A DNA stretch of 64,000 bases from Bacillota bacterium (GTDB lineage Bacteria > Bacillota > Dethiobacteria > DTU022), in contig JAABTH010000008.1 in assembly GCA_011389985.1 (NCBI GenBank), forward strand, positions 43,581 to 107,580, read 5' to 3'. Shown here in pieces: positions 1 to 9,754 of this stretch. The first letter of the stretch is position 1. Each line of letters starts with the position of its first letter. A program made the translations under genes and the position numbers. The notes below the pieces were generated by a model, which was not told the origin of the DNA, searched no databases, and saw only the letters and a list, made by a program, of their open reading frames with translations.

Positions 1-740
1 TCACCACCGAAGAATATTCGCTTAATCGACGAAAAATCGCGGCCCTGTTTTACAGCTTCACGAAGAAAATAGTAACAGTAACCCGGTATAAATACTGCAA
101 CAGTTGGACGCAGATATTCAAAAGCATCCATCAAATTATTAGTGCCGACAATTTTGCCGCCCCCACTGTGGAAACCGGCTACATTCATTTTCTCGCCGGC
201 AAAATATGTCTGCCAGAAGGCAAGGTGCGGCGCAAAAGGAAAACAATTGACAACAATATCATCGCTGGTTACTTCGAATACATCTAACAGTCGATACCCT
301 GATTCGCGAAGATTTTCAAGATCTCGTTTTGAATAAACAAAAGGAGTGGGAAGAGCAGTCCTCCCGGTGGTAAAATGAATATGCACCGGTTTGAAATCAT
401 AAACCTTATCCTCCACCAAAGCTTTACCACCTGTCATTGACATCTTGGCCAGGTGTCCGTATTTTTCTGTAAGCTCTTCATCGGGACGGATAACAAAATC
501 TTTCGCTTTTTGCGGTTCTTCATCTGTAGGAGCTATATCCCATTTATATGTGAACGGTAAATGGCGTAAATCGTCTATACCCTTAATTTTAAAGGGATCG
601 ATATTTTGCTCTTTTAACAGCTTGCTGTAATAAGGACTGTGGAGGTACATCTGGTTTGCAATAAAAGCGCGCAGTTTTCGATCCTGCATCTCTTTTATCT
701 CTTTATAAGGCATCTTACTCAGCTTCTCCCAATTCTCCAT
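1..740 (-). CDS. Phenylacetate--CoA ligase (PaaK)-family adenylate-forming enzyme, N-terminal part, runs off the window edge
   Basis: Not in the ORF track. Translated by hand from ATG at 740 with SD GGAGGTG: MENWEKLSKMPYKEIKEMQDRKLRAFI..HSPYYSKLLKEQNIDPFKIKGIDDLRHLPFTYKWDI..HFTTGRTALP..PTVAVFIPGY..IFFGG. The 'P.Y...L...I.P..I...DL..LPFT.K' N-terminus is typical of PaaK-like ligases. Confidence 0.75.
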   Translation of the reverse strand, partial: MENWEKLSKMPYKEIKEMQDRKLRAFIANQMYLHSPYYSKLLKEQNIDPFKIKGIDDLRHLPFTYKWDIAPTDEEPQKAKDFVIRPDEELTEKYGHLAKMSMTGGKALVEDKVYDFKPVHIHFTTGRTALPTPFVYSKRDLENLRESGYRLLDVFEVTSDDIVVNCFPFAPHLAFWQTYFAGEKMNVAGFHSGGGKIVGTNNLMDAFEYLRPTVAVFIPGYCYYFLREAVKQGRDFSSIKRIFFGG

Positions 741-767
741 AAAGCAATCACCTCCTGTGGGAAATAT

Positions 768-807
768 CAGGCAGGGGTATAATAACCGGAATTACTGCCC
801 CTGCCTG
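768..807. other. Intergenic GC-rich stem-loop
   Basis: CAGGCAGGGG (768-777) and CCCCTGCCTG (798-807) form a perfect 10-bp inverted repeat with no U-tract. Confidence 0.6.
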
Positions 808-813
808 TGCAGT

Positions 814-2472
814 TTACTTGGGGAACATGTCGTACAGGGTAGTCATGAACCACATCACAACGATTGATAGAACAATTACAGTAATGGGCAACCCTTTGCC
901 ATTGTAACGTTTTGGATCATAATCAGACCAACCATGCATTTCATCTACCTGTCTCTGCAGCTCTTCTCCCGGGGCCGGTGTAAGCCATGAGACCACTACA
1001 GTGAGTATAAATGAAATGGGAACGGCAATTGCAGTAACCTTGATCCACCCCAGGGGACCATAGAAGTACTTGGCAAAAATAGGGAATGGTATTTCTACAG
1101 GATCCATGCCCATATAGCCAATCATAATCCAGCTGATGAAGGCGATAAGACTGCCAACCACCATGCCGGCACCTACACCGTACTTATTGGTTCTCTTCCA
1201 CCAGATACCCATTACAATAGGCACCCCAAGACCGGCCGCTGCAATACCGAAGGCCCACATGATTGCCTCGAGGATAAACTCAGGTGGGTTAAGGGAGAAG
1301 AGGATCACTAAAATACCAACAACTAACATAGCGCCATAAGAAAGTTTGAGTTTCTTTTCATCATCGACTTCGGGTTTTAACGCTCCGTAAAGGTCGTGAA
1401 TTAAGCCGGCACCCATAATCATCAGCAGACCGGCAACTGTCGACAAACCGGCAGCGACAGAACCGGCAACGGCCAAAGCGAGCCAGCCTTCACCGGCCAG
1501 AGCTTCGACAAGAATGAAAACAACATAATCGTAAGCGGCTGTGGGAATATCAACCGCCTGGGTCTGCATGTAATAAACAGCAGCAAAACCGGTGGCATAT
1601 ACTGTGGTATTTACCAGGCCGACCAGGAATACACAAAGCACTGTGCTCCAGCGGGCTTCCTTGGCGTCACGCACTGTAAAAAAGCGCATAACGAAGTGCG
1701 GCAGGCCGATAATCCCGAAGAAAGATCCAAGGAATATTGCAATATAGACAACTGGGTGCACAACCATGGCCCAGAAGTAATGCGGCACCGTCTGAGTCAT
1801 AAGAGGCACCATATCACCGTAACCAAGCGGCGGGAAAGCCCAGCCTGAGGCGCCGAGCGTTCTTAATACAATCGCCACGGGAAACATAAGGCAGAAAAGC
1901 AGCACTATAGTTTGGAAGGTCTGGTTATAAGTAACCCCATACATTCCACCCAGGGTAACGTAAAGTGTTACAACCAAACCACCGACAACAATACCTACAA
2001 CTTCAGGTACGCCAAGTAAAAAATAAAAAACAATACCGATTCCCTTAAGGTTACCAGCCAGGTAGAGAACAGAAACAATCATCATCACAACAACCGAAAT
2101 ATAACGCAGAGTATTGCTGCCATATCTTTCTGATATAAAAGCCATCGTCGTAAACGACTTGTGCCGCCGCAAAAAAGGAGCGGCTAACAGCAGCAAACCG
2201 ATGAAAGCAGCCGTAAATGCCGCGTATACCGCTACTGCAACATACAGGCCTTCAATAATAAGGGCGGTTAAACCGATAAAAGTAGTAAGACTCAAGGCAA
2301 GCGAAACCATAGCCAGACCATTATTTATAGCACCTATACTGCGACCGGCCACATAGTAATCGCCAAGGTTACGGGTAAAACGGCGAGCCCAGACACTGAT
2401 AAAGATGGAGATAAGCAAAACTACGATACTGAGAATTAAACCTAAGACAAATACTTCTCCTCTTGGTTCCAT
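814..2472 (-). CDS. Sodium:solute symporter (SSS/SLC5), ActP-like cation/monocarboxylate symporter
   Basis: 552 aa, highly hydrophobic. Motifs YYVAGRSI, YVTLGGM, GLPHFVMRFFTV, AAGLSTVAGL, GIWWKR. SD AAGGAGG. Confidence 0.9.
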   Translation of the reverse strand: MEPRGEVFVLGLILSIVVLLISIFISVWARRFTRNLGDYYVAGRSIGAINNGLAMVSLALSLTTFIGLTALIIEGLYVAVAVYAAFTAAFIGLLLLAAPFLRRHKSFTTMAFISERYGSNTLRYISVVVMMIVSVLYLAGNLKGIGIVFYFLLGVPEVVGIVVGGLVVTLYVTLGGMYGVTYNQTFQTIVLLFCLMFPVAIVLRTLGASGWAFPPLGYGDMVPLMTQTVPHYFWAMVVHPVVYIAIFLGSFFGIIGLPHFVMRFFTVRDAKEARWSTVLCVFLVGLVNTTVYATGFAAVYYMQTQAVDIPTAAYDYVVFILVEALAGEGWLALAVAGSVAAGLSTVAGLLMIMGAGLIHDLYGALKPEVDDEKKLKLSYGAMLVVGILVILFSLNPPEFILEAIMWAFGIAAAGLGVPIVMGIWWKRTNKYGVGAGMVVGSLIAFISWIMIGYMGMDPVEIPFPIFAKYFYGPLGWIKVTAIAVPISFILTVVVSWLTPAPGEELQRQVDEMHGWSDYDPKRYNGKGLPITVIVLSIVVMWFMTTLYDMFPK

Positions 2473-2501
2473 TTAAAAGAGTCCCTCCTTTCATAAAGGC
2501 A

Positions 2502-2816
2502 TTAGAGCCGTTGTTGTTGTTCCAACCTATCCATAATTACGCACCAGATTGCCCCGATTACAGTTGCGCCGATCCAGCTTAAAACAATCAGCCAGAAATA
2601 GTGCATTGGAAAACCTAAGAATCCTTCTTTGGTAACGAACATTGATTCACCATAAAATGGAACCAGCTGCTCCGGTGTTGGCACCTGGTTATAAAACCTT
2701 TCATTCATAATAACTACAATGGAACTAAAAAAACCGCCTGTTACTGCTACAATGGTAAAACAGATTGCCGTAACCCATACCTCTAATTTGTATCCTTTTT
2801 TGCTATCCGATGACAT
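2502..2816 (-). CDS. Small membrane protein, putative symporter small subunit (DUF4212/DUF485-like)
   Basis: 104 aa with two hydrophobic segments and GFPMHYFW motif; directly upstream of the SSS gene; SD AGGAGGTG. Confidence 0.7.
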   Translation of the reverse strand: MSSDSKKGYKLEVWVTAICFTIVAVTGGFFSSIVVIMNERFYNQVPTPEQLVPFYGESMFVTKEGFLGFPMHYFWLIVLSWIGATVIGAIWCVIMDRLEQQQRL

Positions 2817-3090
2817 GCGGAATCACCTCCTTTTTTGCATAATATATTTTTTATTTCACATATCATTATTTTTTTTATTATTCGACCCCTTCCCAATTTT
2901 TATATTATGCTGTAAATTCAATATATTGGTTCGACACTTAATGATCAATTCCCTTCTGATTAGAAACAGAATAATTTTTATAGTGCAAAATATATTATAA
3001 GCTGATTATTGAAGTCATAATGATAACCTGGTTCATAGTGAGAATATTTTAAGATTTATCTTGATTTGTTTATAATTTTTTAAACTAAGC

Positions 3091-3115
3091 AGGAAATTTT
3101 ATAATAATAGGGAAT
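3091..3115 (+). promoter_or_regulatory. Putative sigma-H promoter upstream of the acyl-CoA ligase
   Basis: (GC)AGGA-17 nt-GAAT, matching the Bacillota sigma-H consensus. Confidence 0.55.
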
Positions 3116-3177
3116 ATAAAATATAACAATAATTAATATATTGCGCTGATAACGCATAAGGAGGTTCAACTATTTAG

Positions 3178-4857
3178 ATGGAAAAAGTGTGGCTAAAACA
3201 TTACGAAACAGGAGTACCTCACAGTATTGATTATCCCGCCCTCTCACTCTATCAAATTTTTCAAAAAACAGCAGAATTGTACAAAGAAAAGCCTGCAGTC
3301 CATTTCATGGGACGTGAATTATCATATGGCGAAATTACAGCAGAAGTTAATAGCCTTGCAGCAGCCCTTACAGACCTTGGTGTAAAAAAAGGAGATCGCC
3401 TCGCAATTCATTTACCTAACAGCACGCAGTTCCCCATTGCATATTTTGCCGCCCTGTCAATAGGGGCAATAGTTGTACCATGCAACCCACTTTATGTAGC
3501 GAGGGAAATGGAATACCAGTTAAAAGATTCCGGCGCAGAAACTATAATTACTTTAACCCGTTTTTATAACATGATTAAAGAAATCCAACCGAAAACTAAC
3601 CTTAAAAATATAATAGTATCAAATATTAAAGATTATTTTCCCGGTATGCTCAGTTTCCTTTATACCATTGCAAAAGAAAAGAAAGAAGGCGATCGGGTTG
3701 AACTTGCCGGCGACGATTATTCCTTTACTGATTTGATAAAGAAATATGCCGGCAAAAAACCTCCTGTTGTGGAAATTAAGCCGGAAGATCGCGCTCTATT
3801 CCTTTACACAGGTGGAACAACAGGAGTATCAAAAGGAGCTGTTCTACAGCACCGAAACCTGGTTGCCAACATGTACCAGGTTAAAGCATGGTGTACTGAT
3901 TATGAAGATGGTAAAGAAGTTATCCTTGGAGTACTGCCTTTCTTCCACAGCTATGGCCTGACAACTATACTTAATCTTGGTCTTTTAAACGGTGGAAAGC
4001 TTGTTCTGCTACCACGTTTTGTGCTGGAAGACGCGCTGAAGACTATAGATAAACAAAAGCCCACTCTTTTCCCGGGGGTTCCAACAATATATGTGGCCAT
4101 TAACAATGCGCCTAATCTTGAAAAGTACGATATAAAGTCTATTCGGGTATGTATAAGCGGCGCTGCGCCCCTTCCGGTAGAAGTTCAACAGCAATTCGAA
4201 AAGAATACCGGAGGCAAACTGGTTGAAGGTTACGGCCTGTCGGAAACTTCTCCTGTTACACATGCTAACCCGGTATATGGAAAACGTAAACCCGGCAGCA
4301 TTGGCCTACCGATGCCCGATACAGAATATAAAATTGTTGATGTTGAAACAGGTGAAAATGAGATGCCTCTAGGTGAAATAGGTGAAATCTGCCTACGAGG
4401 ACCGCAGGTTATGGAAGGTTATCTTAATATGCCTGATGAAACTGCGAACAGTATTCGCAATGGCTGGTTTTATACCGGTGATATTGCCAAAGCAGACGAA
4501 GAAGGTTATGCTTACATCGTTGACCGTAAAAAAGATATGGTCATTGCCGGTGGTTTCAATATTTATCCGCGGGATATCGAAGAAGTGCTGTATACCCACC
4601 CTAAAATTCTTGAAGCTGCAGTTGCCGGAATTAATGATCCTTACCGCGGAGAAACCCTGAAAGCATATTGTGTTCTAAAAGAAGGCGAAAGTTTGACTGA
4701 TGAAGAGGTTATTGAATACTGCAAAAAGAACCTGGCCGCCTACAAAGTACCAAAATTGGTAGAATTCAAAGATGAGCTTCCAAAAACCATGATCGGAAAA
4801 GTGCTTCGCCGCATGCTTCGTGAAGAGGAAGAAAAGAAAAACGAGGCAGATAGCTAA
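3178..4857 (+). CDS. fadD: Long-chain-fatty-acid--CoA ligase
   Basis: AMP-binding P-loop YTGGTTGVSKG, plus EGYGLSE, YTGD, DRKKD and PKTMIGK motifs; SD AAGGAGG. Confidence 0.9.
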   Translation: MEKVWLKHYETGVPHSIDYPALSLYQIFQKTAELYKEKPAVHFMGRELSYGEITAEVNSLAAALTDLGVKKGDRLAIHLPNSTQFPIAYFAALSIGAIVVPCNPLYVAREMEYQLKDSGAETIITLTRFYNMIKEIQPKTNLKNIIVSNIKDYFPGMLSFLYTIAKEKKEGDRVELAGDDYSFTDLIKKYAGKKPPVVEIKPEDRALFLYTGGTTGVSKGAVLQHRNLVANMYQVKAWCTDYEDGKEVILGVLPFFHSYGLTTILNLGLLNGGKLVLLPRFVLEDALKTIDKQKPTLFPGVPTIYVAINNAPNLEKYDIKSIRVCISGAAPLPVEVQQQFEKNTGGKLVEGYGLSETSPVTHANPVYGKRKPGSIGLPMPDTEYKIVDVETGENEMPLGEIGEICLRGPQVMEGYLNMPDETANSIRNGWFYTGDIAKADEEGYAYIVDRKKDMVIAGGFNIYPRDIEEVLYTHPKILEAAVAGINDPYRGETLKAYCVLKEGESLTDEEVIEYCKKNLAAYKVPKLVEFKDELPKTMIGKVLRRMLREEEEKKNEADS

Positions 4858-4888
4858 ACACCTGCCAGTAGCTATAATTTTATTATTT

Positions 4889-4930
4889 AAACATCAAGCG
4901 GGTTCTAAAAAGAACCCGCTTGATGTTTTT
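4889..4930. terminator. Bidirectional rho-independent terminator between convergent fadD and argH
   Basis: Perfect 18-bp inverted repeat AAACATCAAGCGGGTTCT-aaaa-AGAACCCGCTTGATGTTT, with a T-run on the + strand and AT-rich sequence on the other side. Confidence 0.85.
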
Positions 4931-4997
4931 ATTCGAAGGGCTGTATGTTGCAAAGAATGCTTTATTATTCAAATTAATTATTATTCACCTATTTAAC

Positions 4998-6389
4998 CTA
5001 CCCAATCCTGTGATCATTCTTCAGAGTCTCATAGGCAAGCTGCAGTTGTTTTTTTACAGCCTCTGGAGCAGTTCCGCCCCGGCTTTTACGGGCCTCAATC
5101 ACTTTGGCAGGGTCAAGAAGGGTATCAATATTATCTGCCAGGCTGGGATGAAACTGTGAACGGGTTTTTTTATCCAGCTCACGTAAACGAATATTTTTTT
5201 CATGACAGTAGGCAATTATCTTCCCCACTATGTGGTGGGCATCCCTGAATGCAACCTGTTTGCGAACCAGATAATCGGCCAGATCGGTTGCACACAGATA
5301 ATCGTCATCAACAGCAGCCTCCATGCTGGCCCTGTTTATACTCATAGTTTTTAACATCTCAGCAAAGAGGGGCAGCATTAATTTAATAGTGTCGATGGTA
5401 TCGAAAAAACCTTCCTTATCTTCCTGCATATCTTTATTGTAGGCAAGGGGCAGACCCTTCATGACAGTTAAGAGTGCAAAAAGGCTGCCGTATATTCTGC
5501 CGCTTTTTGCTCTGACCAATTCTGCTACATCGGGGTTTTTTTTCTGCGGCATCATGCTGCTGCCGGTGGTGTAGGCATCATCAAGTTCAATAAACCCAAA
5601 TTCTGCAGTTGACCAGGTAACCAGCTCTTCGCTGAAGCGGCTTAAATGCATAACCAGTATCGCTGCAAAGGAAAGAAATTCCAAGATGTAATCTCTGTCG
5701 CTAACGGCATCAATACTGTTTTCGTAAAGAGCAGTAAATCCAAGGTTTTCTGCAACCTTTTTACGATCAACGGGAAAGCCGGTTCCGGCCAGGGCACCTG
5801 CTCCCAGGGGCATTAGATCGGCACGTTTTAAGGCGCCATGTAATCTCTCCCGGTCACGCTGCAGCATCCAGAAGTAAGTCAGAAGATGATGTGAAAGGAG
5901 AACCGGTTGAGCTCTCTGCATATGAGTATACCCCGGTATAAGCAAACCAGTATAACGTTCGGCAAGCCCAAGTATTGAGCTTTGCAGCTTTTCAAGCTCA
6001 CCCATTACTACCTTGCCCTCTTTAAGCATATACATATGCATATCGAGAGCTACCTGATCATTGCGACTGCGCCCGGTATGAAGCTTACCGCCGACCGCGC
6101 CAATCTTTTCAGTAAGCCTTTTTTCGATATTCATATGAATATCTTCAAAACTAAGATCAAAGGGGAATTTGCCGGACGTAATCTCATCTTTTATTTCATT
6201 CAAGCCTTCTATAATTAATACGGCTTCACTGGGATCAATGATCTCTTTTTCTGCCAGCATCCCAACATGAGCTATACTGCCCTCGATATCGCAAAACGCC
6301 AGGCGTTGATCGAATGGCAGAGAAGCGGTAAACCGCAGTACCGCTTCTGCTGTATCTTTTGTAAAACGGCCCTGCCATGGCTTTTTCAG
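4998..6389 (-). CDS. argH: Argininosuccinate lyase (probable CTG start at 6389)
   Basis: HTGRSRNDQV, PGYTHMQRAQP and GSSMMPQKKNPD motifs. The frame extends upstream of the tracked ATG (6260) to the conserved N-terminus (L)KKPWQGRFTK..FTASLPFDQRL, starting at CTG after GGAGG. Confidence 0.93.
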   Translation of the reverse strand: MKKPWQGRFTKDTAEAVLRFTASLPFDQRLAFCDIEGSIAHVGMLAEKEIIDPSEAVLIIEGLNEIKDEITSGKFPFDLSFEDIHMNIEKRLTEKIGAVGGKLHTGRSRNDQVALDMHMYMLKEGKVVMGELEKLQSSILGLAERYTGLLIPGYTHMQRAQPVLLSHHLLTYFWMLQRDRERLHGALKRADLMPLGAGALAGTGFPVDRKKVAENLGFTALYENSIDAVSDRDYILEFLSFAAILVMHLSRFSEELVTWSTAEFGFIELDDAYTTGSSMMPQKKNPDVAELVRAKSGRIYGSLFALLTVMKGLPLAYNKDMQEDKEGFFDTIDTIKLMLPLFAEMLKTMSINRASMEAAVDDDYLCATDLADYLVRKQVAFRDAHHIVGKIIAYCHEKNIRLRELDKKTRSQFHPSLADNIDTLLDPAKVIEARKSRGGTAPEAVKKQLQLAYETLKNDHRIG

Positions 6390-7621
6390 TTTTTTGCCTC
6401 CTCCCGCTTTTCTTCTTTTTGTTTCATATCCATCATTCCTTTAATAGTCAGCGGTAATCCATAAAGGTTGATAAAACCCTGTGCATCTTTTTGTTCGAAA
6501 AGTTCATCTTTTTCAAAGGTTACCATATCATGGTGGTATAGTGTATACTCTGATTCCCTACCGGCTACACTCATATTGCCCTTATACAATTTAAGTGATA
6601 TTGTTCCGGTAACACATTCCTGGGTCTTTTCAACAAAACCATGAAGCGCTTCACGAAGTGGGGTGAACCAGAGTCCGTAATAGATCATTTCTGCATATTT
6701 CAGGGCAAGTGTTTCCTTGTAATGAAGTGTCTCACGATCTATTGTATAATGCTCCAGTTCGCGATGTGCATATGTTAGAAGAGATCCCCCGGGCGTTTCA
6801 TATATACCTCGGGATTTCATGCCCAGCAGGCGGTTTTCTACCAGGTCAACCCTGCCGACAGCATTTCTTCCGGCGATTAAATTCAGTTCATCTACAAGCT
6901 GCACCGGTGAAAGTGTAATTCCGTTTACTTTTACAGGAATACCTTTTTCAAACCCGATAGTAACCATTTCAGGCTCATCAGGGGCATCTAATGGATCAAC
7001 TGTTAACCTGAACATATCCTTGTCGGGCTCGCGGTTCGGATCTTCCAATATTCCACCTTCAAAACTGATATGCCAAATGTTACGGTCCATACTGTATGGT
7101 TTTTCCGCGGTTACAGGAATTGGGATATTATGATTACAGGCATAGTTTATACAATCGGTTCGGGACTGAAGTTCCCACTCCCGCCACGGCGCCACAATTT
7201 TAAGGTAGGGGTTTAACGCCTTAACTGCAAACTCAAACCGAACCTGATCGTTACCTTTACCCGTAGCTCCATGAGCTATGGCCGTTGCACCGACTTTATC
7301 GGCGATTTCAACCAGTTTTTTACCGATAACCGGACGGGCCACTGCTGTTCCAAGCAAATATTTTCCTTCATATACGGCACCGGACTGAACCATGGGAAAG
7401 ATGTAATCTTTAACAAGCTCTTCCCTGATATCTTCTATAAATACCTGCGAAGCACCAGTTCTTAATGCTTTTTCCTCAAGACCTTCAAGCTCGGCATCCC
7501 CCTGCCCCACATTAGCAGTCATCGCCACAATATCATAATTATATTTCTCCTGTAGCCATTTAACAATTACTGAGGTATCCAGACCGCCCGAGTAGGCAAG
7601 TACCACTTTTTCTTTAGCCAT
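6386..7621 (-). CDS. argG: Argininosuccinate synthase
   Basis: LAYSGGLDTS, HGATGKGNDQVRFE and SRGIYETP motifs. Confidence 0.97.
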   Translation of the reverse strand: MAKEKVVLAYSGGLDTSVIVKWLQEKYNYDIVAMTANVGQGDAELEGLEEKALRTGASQVFIEDIREELVKDYIFPMVQSGAVYEGKYLLGTAVARPVIGKKLVEIADKVGATAIAHGATGKGNDQVRFEFAVKALNPYLKIVAPWREWELQSRTDCINYACNHNIPIPVTAEKPYSMDRNIWHISFEGGILEDPNREPDKDMFRLTVDPLDAPDEPEMVTIGFEKGIPVKVNGITLSPVQLVDELNLIAGRNAVGRVDLVENRLLGMKSRGIYETPGGSLLTYAHRELEHYTIDRETLHYKETLALKYAEMIYYGLWFTPLREALHGFVEKTQECVTGTISLKLYKGNMSVAGRESEYTLYHHDMVTFEKDELFEQKDAQGFINLYGLPLTIKGMMDMKQKEEKREEAKN

Positions 7622-7646
7622 ATCAAACTCCTCCTTGTTAGTTTTT

Positions 7647-8810
7647 CTAGATTAATTTTTTAAGTACTGCTAATCCATCCTCCAGCTCGTCATCGCTTAA
7701 GGTAAGCGGAGGAAGCAGACGCAGAATTTTATCACCGATAGCATTGATTAACAAACCATGTTCCGTACATTTTTCCTGCACATATTTAGCTTCGGGCCTC
7801 TCTAATTCAAGTGCGCAGATCAGGCCGAGGCCGCGAAACTCACCTGATGGACAAGCATCTTCAAGTTCTCTTTTTAACCGTATTCCTTTCGCCGCGACTT
7901 CATCCATAAATCCTGCCTCAGAGATGATCTCCATCACTGCCAGAGCTGCAGCACAGACTACAGGATTTCCACCAAAAGTAGAGGCATGATCACCGGGAAT
8001 GAAAACATCTTTGCAGTTTTCCCCGGTCAGTAAAGCGCCGATCGGCAGCCCACCGCCAAGTCCTTTGGCAACCGTTAACAAATCAGGTTTCACTGCAAAA
8101 TTTTCATATGCCCAAAACTTACCTGTCCGCCCCATACCACACTGCACTTCATCAAAAATCAGCAGAAGTCCATTGCGATCGCACAAATGCCTTAAGCCCT
8201 CGATAAAATCAGGCTCAGCCACATGCACTCCGCCCTCGCCCTGAATAGGCTCAATCATAACCGCTGCAGTCTGGTCATCAATTAGAGCTTCAAAGGAGTC
8301 AAGATCATTAAATGTGGCATAAGAAAAACCTTCCAGCAAAGGCTTGAAAGCCTGCTGATACTTTTTCTGGCCTGTTGCTGCCAATGCTGCCATGGTCCGC
8401 CCGTGAAAGGAACGTTCAGCCGCTATAATCTTATAACGCCCGGGCTTAAATTTACGGATAAGTTTAATAGCAGCTTCATTGGCTTCAGCCCCGCTGTTGG
8501 CAAAAAAAACTTTTCCGCCGGGTAGGGTTTTATCAACCAGTTCTTTCGCCAGCAGAACCTGCGGCTCTGTATAGTACAGGTTTGATGTGTGGCTTAAAAT
8601 TCCAGCTTGTTTACAAATTGCTTCAACTACCTGCGGGTGGCAATGTCCGGCAACATTAACCGCCAGTCCGCTTAAGAAATCAAGATATTTCTTGCCCTGA
8701 TCATCCCACAGATAAGAACCCTCGCCCCTGACCAGATAAGGAGTAGAATCGGCTTTCCGGTTATAGGTATTGATAATATATTTTGCTTCCATCTCCTGTA
8801 TTTTGCTCAT
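7647..8810 (-). CDS. argD: Acetylornithine aminotransferase
   Basis: Class III PLP aminotransferase: NSGAEANEAA, FHGRT, DEVQCGMGRTG, AKGLGGG; arg operon context. Confidence 0.93.
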   Translation of the reverse strand: MSKIQEMEAKYIINTYNRKADSTPYLVRGEGSYLWDDQGKKYLDFLSGLAVNVAGHCHPQVVEAICKQAGILSHTSNLYYTEPQVLLAKELVDKTLPGGKVFFANSGAEANEAAIKLIRKFKPGRYKIIAAERSFHGRTMAALAATGQKKYQQAFKPLLEGFSYATFNDLDSFEALIDDQTAAVMIEPIQGEGGVHVAEPDFIEGLRHLCDRNGLLLIFDEVQCGMGRTGKFWAYENFAVKPDLLTVAKGLGGGLPIGALLTGENCKDVFIPGDHASTFGGNPVVCAAALAVMEIISEAGFMDEVAAKGIRLKRELEDACPSGEFRGLGLICALELERPEAKYVQEKCTEHGLLINAIGDKILRLLPPLTLSDDELEDGLAVLKKLI

Positions 8811-8834
8811 TTCAACTTCCCTCTCCCTATTCTC

Positions 8835-9734
8835 TTATTTGGTAACCATTGTGCCGACACCGGCATCGGTGAATATTTCAAGGATAAGCGAATGGGGAAC
8901 CCGCCCATCAATTATATGAGTTCTGCGAACACCACCATCTAAAGCCATAAGGCAGGATTCGACTTTTGGGACCATGCCACCGCTGATTTCACCATTTAGG
9001 ATCATTGCCCTTGTTTCACGACGATTGATTGAAGATATAAATTTCAGGGAGTTCTCATCTTCGCGATAGATACCATCAACGTCGGTAAGAACAATCAGTT
9101 TTTCCGCTTTTAAAGAAACAGCCAGTTCGCCGGCAACATAATCAGCGTTAATATTCAAGCTTTCACCATTCAATCCGGCTCCAATTGATGAGAGAACAGG
9201 AATATAACCGTTTTCACTGATAGTATGAATAAGAGCCGGGTTGATCTGGATAATTTCGCCTACACGTCCCAGGTCGATTTTTTCTTCGCCTGCTTCACTA
9301 TTAACCGGAACTTTTTCTTTACGCCGGGCCTGCAAAATTTCTGCATCACGGCCGCTTAAACCTACCGCCTTTGCGCCCTGCTGGTTAAAGAGGCTTACAA
9401 TGTGCTGGTTTACCTTGCCCATTAAAACCATTTCAACAATCTCCATGGTTTCATCATCAGTGACTCTTAGACCATTTATAAAATGAGGCTTTTTACCCAG
9501 CTTTTCCATCACCCGGGTAACCTCTTTGCCGCCACCATGGACCAAGACCGGTTTTATACCGATATATTTCATCAGAACAAGATCCAATATAACCGATTCC
9601 ATCAGATCGGGACTGACCATAGCCTGCCCGCCGTATTTGATCACAAAATATTTTCCGGCATAAGCTCGCATATAAGGCAGGGCTTCTACAAGAACTTCAG
9701 CCTTGGGAATACTGCTTAAAGCTTCCTGATTCAA
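8835..9734 (-). CDS. argB: Acetylglutamate kinase
   Basis: VIKYGG, VHGGG, GLRVTD, NINAD, GGMVPK motifs; TTG start. Confidence 0.96.
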   Translation of the reverse strand: MNQEALSSIPKAEVLVEALPYMRAYAGKYFVIKYGGQAMVSPDLMESVILDLVLMKYIGIKPVLVHGGGKEVTRVMEKLGKKPHFINGLRVTDDETMEIVEMVLMGKVNQHIVSLFNQQGAKAVGLSGRDAEILQARRKEKVPVNSEAGEEKIDLGRVGEIIQINPALIHTISENGYIPVLSSIGAGLNGESLNINADYVAGELAVSLKAEKLIVLTDVDGIYREDENSLKFISSINRRETRAMILNGEISGGMVPKVESCLMALDGGVRRTHIIDGRVPHSLILEIFTDAGVGTMVTK

Positions 9735-9754
9735 CTTTTTTCACCTGCTTTCAT

